NCBI GenBank assembly: GCA_965645245.1
Contig: OZ287086.1
Location: forward strand, 186,001-250,000
Source of the DNA: Massalongia carnosa
Lineage: Eukaryota
Direction: 5' to 3'
DNA length: 64,000 bases
A program made the translations under genes and the position numbers. Under the pieces are notes generated by a model. It was not told the DNA's origin and ran no database searches. It was given only the letters and a program-made list of their open reading frames with translations. This document shows, piece after piece, positions 11,509-26,730 of this stretch. Each line of letters starts with the position of its first letter. The stretch's first letter is position 1.

Positions 11509-11700
11509 TATGCACAGATTATCTTTCGTCGGGAATGGGATGCCGGAAATAGCCTCTAGTACAGAACTTTTGCCAGATGACTGATCCCCGCAGACAATGA
11601 GCTGGGGCAAATTTACGTACTGGCTGACCCCCAAAGACCGAAGCTTGTCGATGTCATTCGATAGAGCAAGTTGTTTAGCAGACCCTAAAGTTTTCAACAT
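11509..11700 (-). pseudogene. N-terminal fragment of a dynamin-family (Mx-like) GTPase
   Basis: LPQLIVCGDQSSGKSSVLEAISGIPFPTKDNLC is the G1 P-loop; similarity stops before the expected G2 'TRF'. Confidence 0.9.
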
Positions 11701-11989
11701 GGTTGTAGAAATAGGTCGATTGCTTGCGTCCTAAACATAAAGGTCGAATGCATTCAACTATAAGAAGTGAGTTTCCTGCCCAGATAATCCAGACCAAGGT
11801 CACGGAAAGTTAAAAATAAAGTTTGTCAGTGTCCATACGGCCGAAGCCGGCTTCCACTCAAAAGAGAAGATTGGCCAGCAGAGCTACTGCAGCCGTTGTG
11901 CACAAACGTCAGCCGCTCGGTGAATGTTCCATTTATAGACTCATAACTTTTCGAAACTTGTCGACTCTTCTCTTTCTCAAGCATCGAAG

Positions 11990-13990
11990 AATTAGCGGCT
12001 ATTCGAATTATTTTCTAGCATTAGAGTAGTTAAAGCATTTTAATGCTCATTCTAAAAGGGTTCAAAAAGGAACGTTTAGGCTTCTTTTTGTAAAGCGGTA
12101 CGAGACCAGTAAGCTAATCACGAGCGACACTGATCTCGAAAGGGGAAATGCTCAGCGTGAGAGGTGGAAGATAGCTACTACGTGCTGGTCTCCGAGAGTA
12201 TACGTGATCCAAAGAACTAACGGATGTGGAAGTGCTTAGACCAAGAGATCTCGTCCGAGACCCAAACGTAGGTTGTTCATAGAATAAAGACTAATTGCTA
12301 ACGAATACTACAGGATTCGTTCTGGTATTTATCCTACTCACCCCAAGCCTATAGCTTTGGGAGCCTTGGAACCTTAGGAGCCTTGCAACCCACATCTGAC
12401 CTTATCGCCTTACATCCAATCATCCCTCAGGATCCATCTACGAACTCGACGTTCGCTGGAGCATCTAGTCAGCCTCGAGCAGCCTTCTAGATCTTCCCTT
12501 GCAAGGTAGAACAGTTCTACCTCCGGCTAGATCCCTCGCCACATTGCTAGCCTGCCTCTAAACATTAAGTTTAGACGCCGAGGCTATGTAGCTTCATTTC
12601 GCCGTCACCACTACCAACATAGCGGTGGAAGGTTACCTCCGACTGAATCCCTCGCTACACTGCGGACCTACCTCCAGACACAAGGTCTAGACAACGAGGT
12701 CATGTAGGTTCATTCAGCCGACATCACTACCAGCGTAGTAATAAAGGTGGAAGCTGAAGTTTACACCGGGGAGGCCGAGCTCAAGCTGCGTCCAGCTAGC
12801 CGTGCCTCCTGCTACAACTCTTGATCCATCAAGAGATCGAGTAGCTCCGAGTAGGCCAGTAGATTCCATATAGAGTTCCCGGCTAGCGTCCACACAGGAG
12901 TTCGCCTAACACTCCATGGCAATCTACCACCGCGACCTCGATAGGTGTTTGATCTGTAAGCAGTCTAGAACGTGATAACAACTAATCCGAAGTTGTGTGG
13001 CAAGGTAGCGTTGTGTCAACCTCGACGACTATGCGACTTCGTACTACGGCTTGGCTCATGCTAGTTAATCCGCCATCCGTATTACACTTTTGTTGGATGG
13101 ATATGGATCTTATCTAACGTAAGAATTTTGGGAATATTCGAAAGAAAATTAGATCTGTTTATTCAGATTACCCCCTCATTCAACCCATTTGACGCAGCCA
13201 TTGGACGTTGGTGTTTTTCAGCCAATGAAACATTATCATGCTGAAGCGGTTGACAACGCCATTCGGTTGGGTGACGTTGACTTAAATCGTCTGGATTTTC
13301 TGGCCGCATTCAATCAATTTCGTACATTTCGTACAAAGGCATTCAAATCATCTACTATCAAATCAGCCTGGGAAAAACTGGGTTGATACCTTACAATCCG
13401 GAGGTAGTCTTGACTAAAATTCGTGCTTTAAATCCGGCATTACTACCACTACCAATATCATCTTCGGAGACAATAATTCTACCTCATACCCCCAAAAACC
13501 CCAAAGACGTTGCTAAGGAAGGGGAAAACGTTATTCAACGAATGAATAATAATGAAGAAATTACTCCAGAAAGAATGCGACGTTTTATCAAAGGGTCGGT
13601 TGCAAACGCTAATTTACTAGAATTGACGCAACGCGACTTGCAAGCCACACATACAGCTGCATTAGCTAAAAGGGCCCGAAAAAAGCTTGCTGGCACCGTT
13701 GTTCAGAAGGGAGGAATCGTTACCGTTCGAGATGTGAGGCACAATCACCTACATCGTACCCAAGAAGAGGTGGAAAGGGAGGAGGGTCGCCAAAAGCGTG
13801 CTGAGACGGCTAGACAAAAGAAAATATTTCTCTATGGAAAAGCGATAGCTAAACGGTTTGGCTTGGTGGGTAAAAAGGCTGAAAGCTGGATATATGAACG
13901 TCAGCCTTTGATTTTGAATAGCTTCATTTTGAAAGGGTCAATCAATGGATATAATGTAAATAGTTTGAAAAATGCGTCATGGAGATGATA
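11990..13990 (+). mobile_element. Degenerate pogo/Fot1 DDE transposase relic interrupted by a solo LTR
   Basis: LLDGYGS and LPPHSTHLTQPLDVGVFQPMK motifs with stops and frameshifts; boundaries approximate. Confidence 0.85.
12089..13086 (-). repeat. Solo LTR family A
   Basis: Reverse complement of 2257-3319 with short deletions; TSD CTTTT. Confidence 0.95.
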
Positions 13991-14764
13991 GCGTCAATGA
14001 GGTGAACCGCACCCGGAGCTACGCTCCGGGTGCGGTCCACCACCAACGGTGGGGTTTCCTCGGTCGCACGGTTACTCGACGGTTTGAATCGAAGGAGGCG
14101 GAGTTGAGAGGAAAAGCCGTTCGGCACTCAATGCGGTAGGATTCTAAACACTCCTATAATATCATCAAAAATCAGGCTAGCAAGAGTAGAAGTGCATCCG
14201 AAACAGAAGATTGAGGCGCTTACGTTGATCGATTGAACAAATTCTTAAGCAGTGATGAAATGCTCTTTCTCAAGTTGTTTTCATCGCGCGCGGCTGTTGT
14301 AACACGAGAGACATACGACGCAGCAAGTGCAACCATCAGTTCGGCCACCATCGCCGCCGCGACTTCCCTCGTAGCAAGCTCGAGTCTTTCATCGTATGAG
14401 GACCGCGTCTTCTACTGGTAGTCATCTTTGAAACCAGCATACCGAAATGCACAAGTGCTTCGTGACAGCAGTCAGATCTTATCTTGGTTTGGAAGGAGTG
14501 CGATCTTTTTCTCATGTAAGGCGCGGGGCTTTCTGTCGACTTGAATTGTTTTACCCACTGAAAGCGACGAGAAAAGCCGCCACAGTTTGTCTGAAGCGTT
14601 CATGATACTTATGAGAAAATATAGATCAGTCAACTTGAAAATCTTTGACCGCGCGCGAGAGCTGCGGATGTTAGTAAAGAATCTGCTGCAAATGTTGTTC
14701 AAACAGAGTGCATGTCCCGCACAGCTGTCCACTTGTCAGCCACTTCAGCCACTTCAGCCACTGA

Positions 14765-16234
<1,470 letters not shown>

Positions 16235-17249
16235 GGTCGAGAGTCTCATTATCAATAGACTATCAGGTGATAAAACCTAAGGCTAATGAAGGAAGGGTAC
16301 CTATACGGAGATAGTAAGTCGTCTCCTAGATGTACTATAGTTGAAGGAACATCACAAACAGCGCGAGATCTACCTCCACAGCGCAAGAGTGAGTCATTTC
16401 ATCACTCATCCCGTCGTCCGACTAATCCTATGCAGCATCTTTTCAGAAAGAGTGGACTTACAAGCGATGACGAAGACCTCGACTGGGCGTGACTCGAGTC
16501 TAGTGGCTTGAAGCTCGCTCGAATCTATCAGCTGAGCTGCCTCGTCGTCGGGGCCGAAAGGCATGCGAAGACTAGAATTCAACCTGATCTGAAGAATAGA
16601 AGTTCCTCGAGATGAATGAGATTAATGACGCTAACTGCATTTCTATGAAAGCTCAAAGCCTGGGTTGAATCGCAATGAATCCTTGGAGTCATACGGCGCA
16701 GGTTTTGAGGCGAATCAGTCATTAGGATTCAGCAGTTGCTATCTTCCTCATCTCTTTAAGCGATTCTTTCTATTCTACGTCCTCAATGAAATCATTTTTA
16801 GGGAAAACATGTTTGCTGGCAAACAGGAGAGGAATGACAAGAACAGTTAATTAAACAGAAAACATAATGGATCGTGCAACGAACCTTTCGGATTTGCAGG
16901 AATGTCCCATGCATCAAGTTACTCAGACGACATGTGAACACATAAGACGACAGATGTGAGGAGAAGTGAAGTCATAAGACGAGATGAGATGCGAACACAC
17001 GTGACGATAGAGGAACAGACAGATTGTTTTTGTTCAGCATCTCTGCTTGATTATTCCAAAAGTTAATCGTCGGCTAGTCTCTCGCTTATCTCGGCCGACT
17101 CGAGGCGTTCGCCTCTAGTCGGGGAAAGCAACGTTCGGCGGAAAGCAAAGCTCGTCTTTTCAACTTTTACACGCAAAAAACAAATCAAATAACGATGGGA
17201 ATTTTTTTGTACAAAGATCAAGCATGAAAAATATTCTATTAGTAGTTAT

Positions 17250-19221
17250 ACTAATAATAACCCAACTGCTCCTGAACATCATCCTCGTCGCTGTCGTCGA
17301 CATCGTCGCCTACTTTCTCTTCCATTTCAAAGGCAACGAAGTCTTTTTTGTGACGAAACGAGATAGTGAATAGATTTCTACCATTGCGCCACCTGTCCTC
17401 CAGACCAAAAGGCACAATACTTAGTCCGCAGACCAAGCTCTATTCTAATATAACTGGGACTCCTGCTATGTTCGCTGTAGGTCCTGCCGTCCGCACCACG
17501 CTTGGTCGAACCGTTACATTTTTGTAGACGAATAGAATCACCTTCACCTATAAATTGTAGATTTTGATCACCAATAGTATCCATGATAAAGATAGTCTCT
17601 GTCTCTTCCTCTTCATCATTGAATATATGAGTATCTTTTACTCCTTTCTTCGTCTGTTTTTTGGTCTATTCCGTCTGCCTAGTAATGTCGCTCGCCTTCC
17701 AAATGGCCTCACCTCGCGAAGTAGTCGTTGTCTCGAAATGCCTCACTCGGTCAGTCCAGCACTTTACAAATCTCTGACGAAAAGAAATGTAGGTGGCATT
17801 AAGATACTTCACCAAATCAGCATGTCTACGATTGTATGTGATTCGAAACTGTCCCCACATCTCTTCAAAATTCGGCTCGGAATCAGCCTTAATAAGTGAT
17901 TTCCATCGTCCGTAAAAGACTTCCCATGCCTCAGTACTGAACGATTTCTTGCAATGAGCTAGGACATTCTTATTGATGTGCCAGATACACAATAAATGAC
18001 TGGTAGATGGAAAAATCAGCTCAATTACTGACATCAAACCTCTATCCATGTCGGTGACTGTCGTCGTTGGAGAAGGAAGTTCTAGCTGCGAGTACAAGAC
18101 TTTCAAACGAGTCATGGCCCAGATGTAAGACTCATTTGTCTCCTCATGCATGAAGCAGAAGGCTACATAGAACGTAGTATGCAATGCGGTCTGTCCGCCG
18201 ATGATCAACAAAGGCATTTTGAATCTGTTGGTTTTGTAGGTGCAATCCATCACTAAAACTTCCGGATTTGCCTTCAAAAGAGTCTGAGTACTGCATTTAC
18301 TGAAAAAAAGATTGACGATCTGATTGGTTCTCATCATTAGTCTGCAACTTCAGTTGTCCTGTCCTTGTCAAACTCACCTGATTCTCATCATTTGTCTGCA
18401 ACTCGTATACCCAGTCGCCCTTGTCAAACTCCTGAATCAGACTCTGTATCGGAGTCAATGAGCCCAAAGCATTTCGTCGCAATTGAGCTCGAAAGTTGTA
18501 GATGTGTCGACTGATAAACATCGGATTGACGACTTCAGGATTGCCATTCTCATCCCATCTGACCGAATTCGGAGTCGGAGCTCCAATACGAAGACTCGAC
18601 AGCACGTTGGCCGGTTTGGTTTGTACAGTCAATTGACGAGAAATCTCCTCCTTATGCTCGATCGAGGCGATTCTTCGATGCGCGGGATGTGCTCCACTCA
18701 AGCTAGCTTCATGATTATGTTCCGGTTTGACTACTTCCAAATGCCAGGCAACGTCATTCACGAAGGTAGCGATGCAGGAAATGGGACACTCAATTCATCT
18801 ACTGCTACTGTGACGTCGTTCTTCGCCTTGCGGTCTGGCCTTGCGACCTCGATCGCAGATGATCCACGCTTTTCGACGAATTCCCAGCTTTTATTTCTTG
18901 GTACGATGCAGGACAACGGCGTATCCCTCAGGGCCGGCATGTCGATTCAGGCAGAATAGACAGTCTTCTAGAGTTTCGAAAGACTGCCGTCGGCGGGAGG
19001 TAATAGAGGCATGATTGATCCAATATGTAGGATCAGGAAACTGAAAATTGAGATGAGAAAATGAAGAATTTACGTCACTTATCCTGATCGAGGAAGATGG
19101 CTTCCTAATGAGGTTTAGGGAGGGGTCCAGCCCTACCCCTAGAATTTTTTTGTGTGGGGTGTCTAGATAGCCGGAAAGGGTGTGTCTAGGTAGCGGATGG
19201 GGTGTCCATATATCAGTACCC
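17250..19221 (-). mobile_element. Degenerate MULE (Mutator) transposon
   Basis: HNH, MDCTYKTNRFKMPL, TDMDRGL, LLCIWHI and TTSRGE motifs; start near 19012 resembles the MULE at 61800; repeat-rich end at about 19120-19221; partner TIR not found. Confidence 0.88.
17349..17518 (-). repeat. Solo LTR family C (TRIM LTR) inside the MULE
   Basis: TGTGAC...GTTACA, TSD TTTTT. Confidence 0.93.
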
Positions 19222-20069
19222 TATATTTAAGGTCAATAAATCTTCAGATTATTCCGAACCGACTTCAGCGGTTGGCTTGCGATTACTAGCAATTTTGGTG
19301 GCATGCGAAGCTGAAAGGTAAGGTTTTTCGGATTTTGATGGGGTGCTTACAAACTAGCGTGTTGCAAATGGGGATGTGCAAATGGGGGTGAATACGAGTA
19401 CTTTGCACAAGTTTCGGGCGCAATTTGAATCCCGAGTTAACCTCGAGAGCCTCTCGTAATTTTATTGACAATTAAGAAAATCAAATTATTTTACTTTCAT
19501 CTTGTTTGCGCCTGCATTATAAATCGCAGAATATTGTTTGACTCAGACTCATGGGAGAGAGAGTCTCAGCTAATCGCTGGGCAGGAGGCAGGATGAGTTT
19601 TTCCGGGCTGCGCTTTAATGATCGAGATTTATTCTCTCTGACACTGGTCGTCTTCAGGGTGAGGCGTGTGATCCTGCCTAATCTCTCAAAGGAAGAATAT
19701 ACTCCCGCCGTGTGGTACGACTCCTGTTGTTCCCGACAGATCGATTGCTGGTTCGCTCGCTTCTCATGTTGCAAGGCTCTACATGGGGCATATCTAGGCT
19801 TAGACAGGTAACGGTCAAAATCAGTTTCATGATCTCAAGTGCCGCCATCATGAATTGTCCAATCTGCTGCACCTGAATCTTAACAGTCTTTTGTGTATTA
19901 GCGTCCTGGTATGCTTATCTTGTCTATGTTTTACTCAAGAGCATGTTGTTCTTGTTTCCACATGTTCTTCAGTATAAACTGCTCGATATTACACGACAAG
20001 ACGACGTTGCTGATGTAGATCTAAAAGTTTTTCGTGAAGTCTTTATTATTTCCTATATCATCTGAAATC

Positions 20070-23000
20070 ATGAACCTCTCCTTTAGAAGATTTCCCGAGG
20101 AAATGCCGCACCCGACGAAATGCCGCATCTTCTCACTTTCCAACCATTACTTTCAAACATGAATAAATCCACCCTCAACGCTCGTATCGAGCTCGCAATT
20201 CCTGATCTGAATCAGCAAGATCAGCCTAACCTCAGGGGTACAGCTAAAAGGTTTAGACTAGTCGAAAGTACCCTCCGGAGGCGCTGGAAAGGCCAAACGG
20301 TGTCCCAAAAGGCAGCCGCGTCAAAATACAAGCAACGACTTACCTTGGCCCAGGAAGAGGCCTTAATTCAGCAAATCAATCGCCTTGTCGATCGTGGACT
20401 GCCCCCAACCGCCAGAATTGTACGAAACCTAGCGGAGGAGGTGATAGGAGGGCCTGTAGGGAAGAACTGGACAGGGGATTTGTCCGCCGATACAAGGATA
20501 GGCTTAAAAGTCTTTATCTTCGAAATATGGATAGCCAGCGTATAAAATCTGAGTATCCGCCTTTATTTAAGCAATTCTACCATTTGGTAGCGTGTTAACT
20601 ACCTATTCCTATTTGTTGAATATTAATTATGATCGAAAATAACTAATGTTTCTATTAGCTAGTCGCCGTTGTCGAAAAATACAATATCACGGGGGAAAAC
20701 CTTTACAATTGGGACGAAAAGGGCTTTGTGATTGGCCAAGCAAGTGCCACGCAACGTATCATGTCGCTAGAGGCCCTCGAATCAGGGCAGATCACACATG
20801 CAAGCCAGGACGGGAATAGGGAGTTTATCAGCCTCCTTGCTTGTATCGGGACCGACGGAACCGCTTTACCTCCTGCCTTGATCTATAAAGGCGACTCTGG
20901 CATACTCCAGGATACATGGGTTGAGGATGTAAATCCTAATGACGAGGCGTTCTTTGCAGTATCGGCGAAAGGATGAAGTTGTGATATCCTTGGCCTGAAT
21001 TGGCTAGAGCAGGTTTTTCAGCGTTATACGAAGCAAAAGGCTAGAAATAGAAGACGTTTACTGATAGTAGACGGTCATTCTAGCCACGTGAATCTTAAGT
21101 TTATCGATAAATGCGATAAGTTACGTATTCTTCTCCTGATTCTACCTTCGCACTCTACGCATCGTTTACAGCCTCTGGACGTTTCTCTATTCGCGCCGTT
21201 AGCAACGTTCTATACCAATGGGCTGAATAGACTAATGTTCGATAGTCTAGGCATGATAAACATGTCAAAAAGAGCCTTTTGGAGCGTTTTCTTCCCTGCA
21301 TGGCAGCAGGCATTTTCGGAGGAAAAAATTACTTCTGCCTTCGAAAAAATCGGTATTTGGCCTTACAATCCGAGCCTTATACTGAATGTTATCACACCAC
21401 AGATAATCGAGGCTCCTTCTCAGTCGCCAAAAACACCAATGACAAGCCGTGCTATTCGCCGTACGCAGCGAGCGTACGATATTGCGCCTACGAAGTTATT
21501 ACTAGGAAAGATCTTCCGGGCTAACGAACGCCTTGCTGCCCAGGACTCTATCAACAAACACGTGATCAAAGAGCTCTGCAATACCCTTCAGAACGAAAAG
21601 AAGGAGGAAGAGAGGTAAACGGCTTAATTTAGTTGGGGAAGAGGACTCAGGCCCTCAATTCTTTAGTCCTAAGCGAGTACAGGCTGCCAGGGAATTTCAA
21701 GCAGCAAAAGAGGAAGTAGAAGCACAACGCCAGCTAGATGTTAGCGAGAAGCGACGACAAGCTACTACTAAAAGGTTACAGAAAGAAGAGGAGAAGCTAG
21801 AAAAGGTAGCAATCGCTCTAGAGAAGCGGCGATTGACTGCAGAAGCAAAGGTAGCAAAGGCCGCTGAGAAGCAGGCTCAGAAGGAGTTACGTAAAGCAGC
21901 AAACAGATATCCTAAGGGACAGCTCGGGCAGCAGAAGCAGTATACAGGGTCTAATAAAGTTCAAAAGACTCGAAAGAAGAAGGTAAAGCCGCCTACTCGT
22001 GTTATTATCGCTAAAGAGGTAGAGGAGGTGGTTTTAACTACCTCGACTGGAAGAAGGGTCCAGTGCCCAGGGCGTTTTGCTATGTAAGGTTTTTAGGGTC
22101 GGATATCGTGTATATACTTTCTATTTATACTATATATAATACACATTCCATTAATCGTTGTAGTTGTTGATTAACGACGAAAACAATATTCTAATGCCGA
22201 ATTGTAAAGTGCGGCATTTCCTCGGGAAATCTTCTATATATCTACTTTGTATTCTCTCTTGTGTGTTTGCAGCTAGGTTTTGGGCTCGACGCTTTCATTC
22301 CTGTGAGATATCATGCTTCTTTGATAGTGTAATTTACAGGCTGACTATCATGGTAAGCTGTTGTCGCGGGTGACTGGCTTTATATTTCTGGTGGTGATGT
22401 TGCTTATTGGGGTTACACTGCCGTGGGTCAAGAGCATACGATCGTGGTGAGTAGCAAGTCGAAGATCTTCGATTGTGTCAACGACTAATTCCATATGTTG
22501 GAATAAACAGAAAACTATACCTATGGAATCAATCTATCCAAGGATTGGACAAATTCCACTGTAGAGCTAATCCCAACCAAGAGACCCCCGAATAACCCTG
22601 CGCTCTGCCTTGAAGCTCTATGGCTTGACAACCTTCGCAGTTCATTTTATGCTTTCGGAGGCTATCGATCTTTCGCCACCACATTTACAGGAAATTCTTT
22701 CCCTCCTTCTGAATCTATCTAGCAGTTTTAGCTGAATGGAGGAGGGAGTGGTAATTGGAGCGAACTCCTCGGTCCTATCAGTTCGATACCATTTCCATCT
22801 GACATTCACCGTATAGCAAACGGTGCTACTGTGAGCGATGGTAGTAGTGCGTACTATATTGGGGGGTTTTACTCCTTGGAAACATCCACAGCAGCTCCCT
22901 CGACCAATCGGATCCCATCCTCTGGACTACTCGAGTTTGATTTCGACACTCTTATAATGACTAACTCAAGTGACGATGACTACCCAGCCGATATGGATGA

Positions 23001-24144
23001 TCCTCCCGCTACAATGATAAACATTCCTTACGGTGAGAGCGGTCTTCTTTTGTTCCTTGGCGACAATAGTAAGCTTCGGAATGCTTATGCCTTCAACAAT
23101 CACATATTATATGACAAGAAAGTCAAAAAATGGTATTCTCAAATCGCATTCGGTGATATCCCAGAACCAAGGTCTCATTTCTGCGCTGTGGGAGTTGCAG
23201 GAACTGCCAACTCCAGCTTTGAAATGTAAGTAAATGTTAGGGCTATCGCGAATACTATCTCGATAATAGAGCTGATTGTAACAGATTTGTGCATGGAGGC
23301 GTCATCGAGGGACATTTAGGCCCCCTAACTGCCAATTCGGATCAGGTGTATGTTCTTTCACTTCCCTCATTCTACTGGTTCCGCGCCGATTATCCTTCCA
23401 CCCGGTCACGAAGCAGGCACACATGTCACGCCGCAAACTCCAATCAGATGATCATGATCGGAGGTTCAGATCCCAGTACTTGTCTCGGAGTTCTGGGGGA
23501 TGGAGATGCTCACAACGAACTTCCAGATCCCTGGCCTCAAGGGATCGGCGTCTTTGATATGACTGCGCTGAATTTCAAAGACTCATATCAAGCCGGAGCG
23601 CCAGCTTATGAGACTCCAGAGATTATCAAGCAGCATTACAGCGTCAGGTATGTGCGATTGTAATCTTAGATTGATTTTTAATTTATCTAGACGACTTCTC
23701 ACAGTCTTAAGTGACAACAGATATCCGCGGGTATGGACATCTGTGGCCGTGAAAGAGCTTTTCGAAGGCAAATCTAGCAATAACTCCAACTCTACTGTCT
23801 CTCGAAATAACTCGACAGTGTCTCAAACCAATTCTACTGTGTCTCAAAACACCTCAAAGTCAGCCATTCCAGCTTTTCACCATCACCCTAAACCTGGAGT
23901 AATTTTTGGCATTGCCTCCGGCTGTGTCGCCGCTGTGGCAGTATGCGTCATAGGAGTAGTTTTTCTTAAGAAACGCCAGCGGAACAATGTCAATGCAGGC
24001 GTTCCTGTCGACAATCCCATTCCGAGCATGCTATTCGAATCATCGCCCCAAGAATTTCCGGTGGAGGAGCGCGTGCACGAAATTCTAAGCAAACATCAGC
24101 ATCACGCAGAGCTTTCGAGCGTAGGCGAAAGAATCTTGCATTGA
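20070..24144 (+). pseudogene. Kelch-repeat type I membrane protein gene, interrupted by Fot1 and carrying two nonsense codons
   Basis: Removing Fot1 rebuilds the signal peptide MNLSFIYLLCILSCVFA; Kelch motifs WLYISGG, FYAFGG, PEPRSHFCAV and QVYVLSLPSFYW; Ser/Thr/Asn stalk, TM helix and KKRQR; TAG at 22720 and 22729. Confidence 0.85.
20086..22234 (+). mobile_element. Fot1/pogo DNA transposon with intact TIRs and a disrupted transposase
   Basis: 26-bp TIR GAAGATTTCCCGAGGAAATGCCGCAC at both ends, TA TSD; HTH, NWDEKGF, VDGHSSH and HSTHRLQPLD motifs; TGA at 20974 and frameshifts. Confidence 0.95.
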
Positions 24145-24967
24145 GATCGAGGATAATACGTTAAAAAGCCCAAAGCTTAGTAGATCTTAAATCATGCGTT
24201 AAATTACTTTTTGTATGATTAGTATTCAAAAGAGAACCAATGACGAGAAATGGGACGTTTTCAAACGAAAAATACTTCCATAAACTTGTTGTTTCTTGAC
24301 GTCGAGCATCGACAATAGAAGCACGAGCTTCTACAGGTATAAAAACAGATAATCAAACATAGTAAAATAAAACTCAATGTTTTGTTTTATTTGACTGAAT
24401 AATCCCTTTAGTTTGAACATTATAAAATGAACTTTTTCTTATTGAAATCACGCATAATCGCAACTTCATCAAAATTCACTATGTAAAGCCGGATTTGTAA
24501 ATTACTTATTGAACTACTCTAGAATGTTCAGGCAGAAGAATCCTTTTATATTGTTTAAACCGATCGGTAATGTTTAACATCGAGTTATATGATCAAAGTT
24601 TGTTTATCGTGACATTTCTTTCGCTAACGTTTAAAGTTGACAGGTGCATTCTTTATAAACTATGCTACAGCATGCATATGCCGCCTCGAGAGTTGAAGTA
24701 CATCATGACGTGATCCATCATCCCACGCGTCTGCCGGATCAAGAGATCAGCAATCCTATTCGCTAGTGACTGCCTTCATCGCTGCATCATCTTCACCTCA
24801 ACCGCATCGGAAGAGGTCTAAATGTCGTTCGATGACAGGGGTAGGGGACCTTCCCCTTACTACTTATACATTCGCAGCCTGGAGTCAACTTTTATGTCCT
24901 TCTTTCGAGTTTGTCGATTCTTAAAACTGAGTTGCGTTCAAAGGGCATCTCGTACCTGAAATTTTCA

Positions 24968-26730
24968 ATGGATATCAGCAATCGGAGCGCAAAAGATGTG
25001 GAATCCTTCCAAGATGCCACCCTTAGTATGCGACTCGGTTCCGAGGATGACATTGCCCAAGAAGCCCATGCTGCTGCTCTACACGAACACTCCCTGAGCC
25101 CTTTTCAAGCAATCTCCCTATACCGTGGCGCGGCCTTTTGGTCCGCCTTCTTCTGCATCGGCCAGATCATGATCGCATTCGACCCTCAAGTCCTGGTCAA
25201 CTTGTTCGCCATGCCCTCGTTCCAGAATGAATTCGGATACCGATTCGACGGACAGTACATCATTTCCGCGCCGTGGCAGACAGGTCTGCTGATGGGAGGG
25301 CCAATCGGCCAAGTCGTGGGCTCACTATTTGCGGGGTATCCCCTCGAATGGTTTGGCCGGAAGAGGACTTTTGGGTCCTGCGTGATCGGAACGACGGGGT
25401 GTATTTTCATCCAATTCTTCGCGCGATCTCTCGGGGTGTTGCTAGCAGGTGAGCTGCTCGGTGGACTGATACTAGGTTTCTATGCCGTCATAACGCCCGC
25501 CTATGCGTCGGAGGTCTGCCCGGTTCCACTCCGGGGCATCCTCACTGCAAATATCAACCTTTGCATCGCGGTAGGACAGTTTCTTGCCAACTGTGTGTGC
25601 GCGGGGACACAGCATTTGGATTCTCATTGGGCATACAGTGCTCCTTATGCTTTGCAATGGCTGTGGCCTGCAATCATCTTCCTGGGCCTGCCATTCGCTC
25701 CCGAAAGTCGGTGCTAAAGTCCCCTTGTGACCAAGATCATCTACTTATTTGGATCCGCAGGTCCATGGTGGCTCGTCCGTCAAGGCCGGCTTAACGAGGC
25801 CCAAGAATCTCTACAAAGCCTCGTCTCTTCCCGCGTCAACGTGAAACAAACCCTCGCATCCGTCATCGAGACCAACCGCATCGAGCAAGAAATGGAAGCC
25901 GGAACCACCTACCGTGACATATTCCGCAAAGACAACTTACGCAGGACAGAAATCTGCACGGGCGTCTATACGGTTCAAGTATTCTCCGGTATCTACCTCG
26001 TCGGGTACGGCACATACTTTTTCGAACGTACGATACCCTTTTCCTCCCCCCACCCAAGCCTTCCCTCCTCCACTTTTCCGTTTCTAACGCCTCCGCCCTA
26101 GAGGCCGGCCTCCCGACCTCCCAAGCCTTCAATATATCTCTCGGCTTTCTCGCCGTTGGCGTCATCGGCTGCATCCTCTGCTGGTTTCTCATCGCTAATT
26201 TCGGTCGGCGCCCCATCTACACCTACGGCCTCTACCTCCTCACCGCGCTCCAACTTTTAATCGGGATCCTCGATTGCGCACCCGATTACTCGCATCACCA
26301 GAGCGTCATTTGGGCTCAGGCAGCCCTGCTCCTGACTTGGAACTTCTTTTATAACTTCACCATCGGCCCCGTCGGCTTCTCCATCCTGTGCGAGACGTCC
26401 GCGACGCGGGTGCGGGAAAAAACCATCGCGTTCGCGACAGCGGTGCAGGCGTTGGTCGGGATTGGGATGACGATCGCCGTGCCGTATATGATCAACCCCG
26501 ATCAGGCAGATCTGCGTGGGAAGATGGGATTTTTCTTTGGGGGCCTGGAGGCGGTGAGTTGCGTGTGGGTGTATTTTCGGGTTCCGGAGACGGTATGTTC
26601 GCACAGGATATATCTCGCTCGTCAACACGGATGACTAACGGATACCCAGAAAGAGAGAACTTATACGGAACTAAATCTCTTGTTCGAGAGTGGCGTGCCG
26701 GCAAGGGGTTTCAAGGATTATGTGCTTTGA
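24968..26730 (+). CDS. MFS sugar porter, alpha-glucoside/maltose permease-like; exons 24968-25706, 25761-26027, 26102-26592, 26650-26730
   Basis: FGRKRT, YASEVCPVPLRG, PESPWWLVR, FGRRPIY and VPETK motifs; three canonical introns; frame intact. Confidence 0.93.

Noticed and set aside
19480..19880. Overlapping short ORFs between the MULE and Fot1
   Set aside because: No recognisable motif or convincing splice model.
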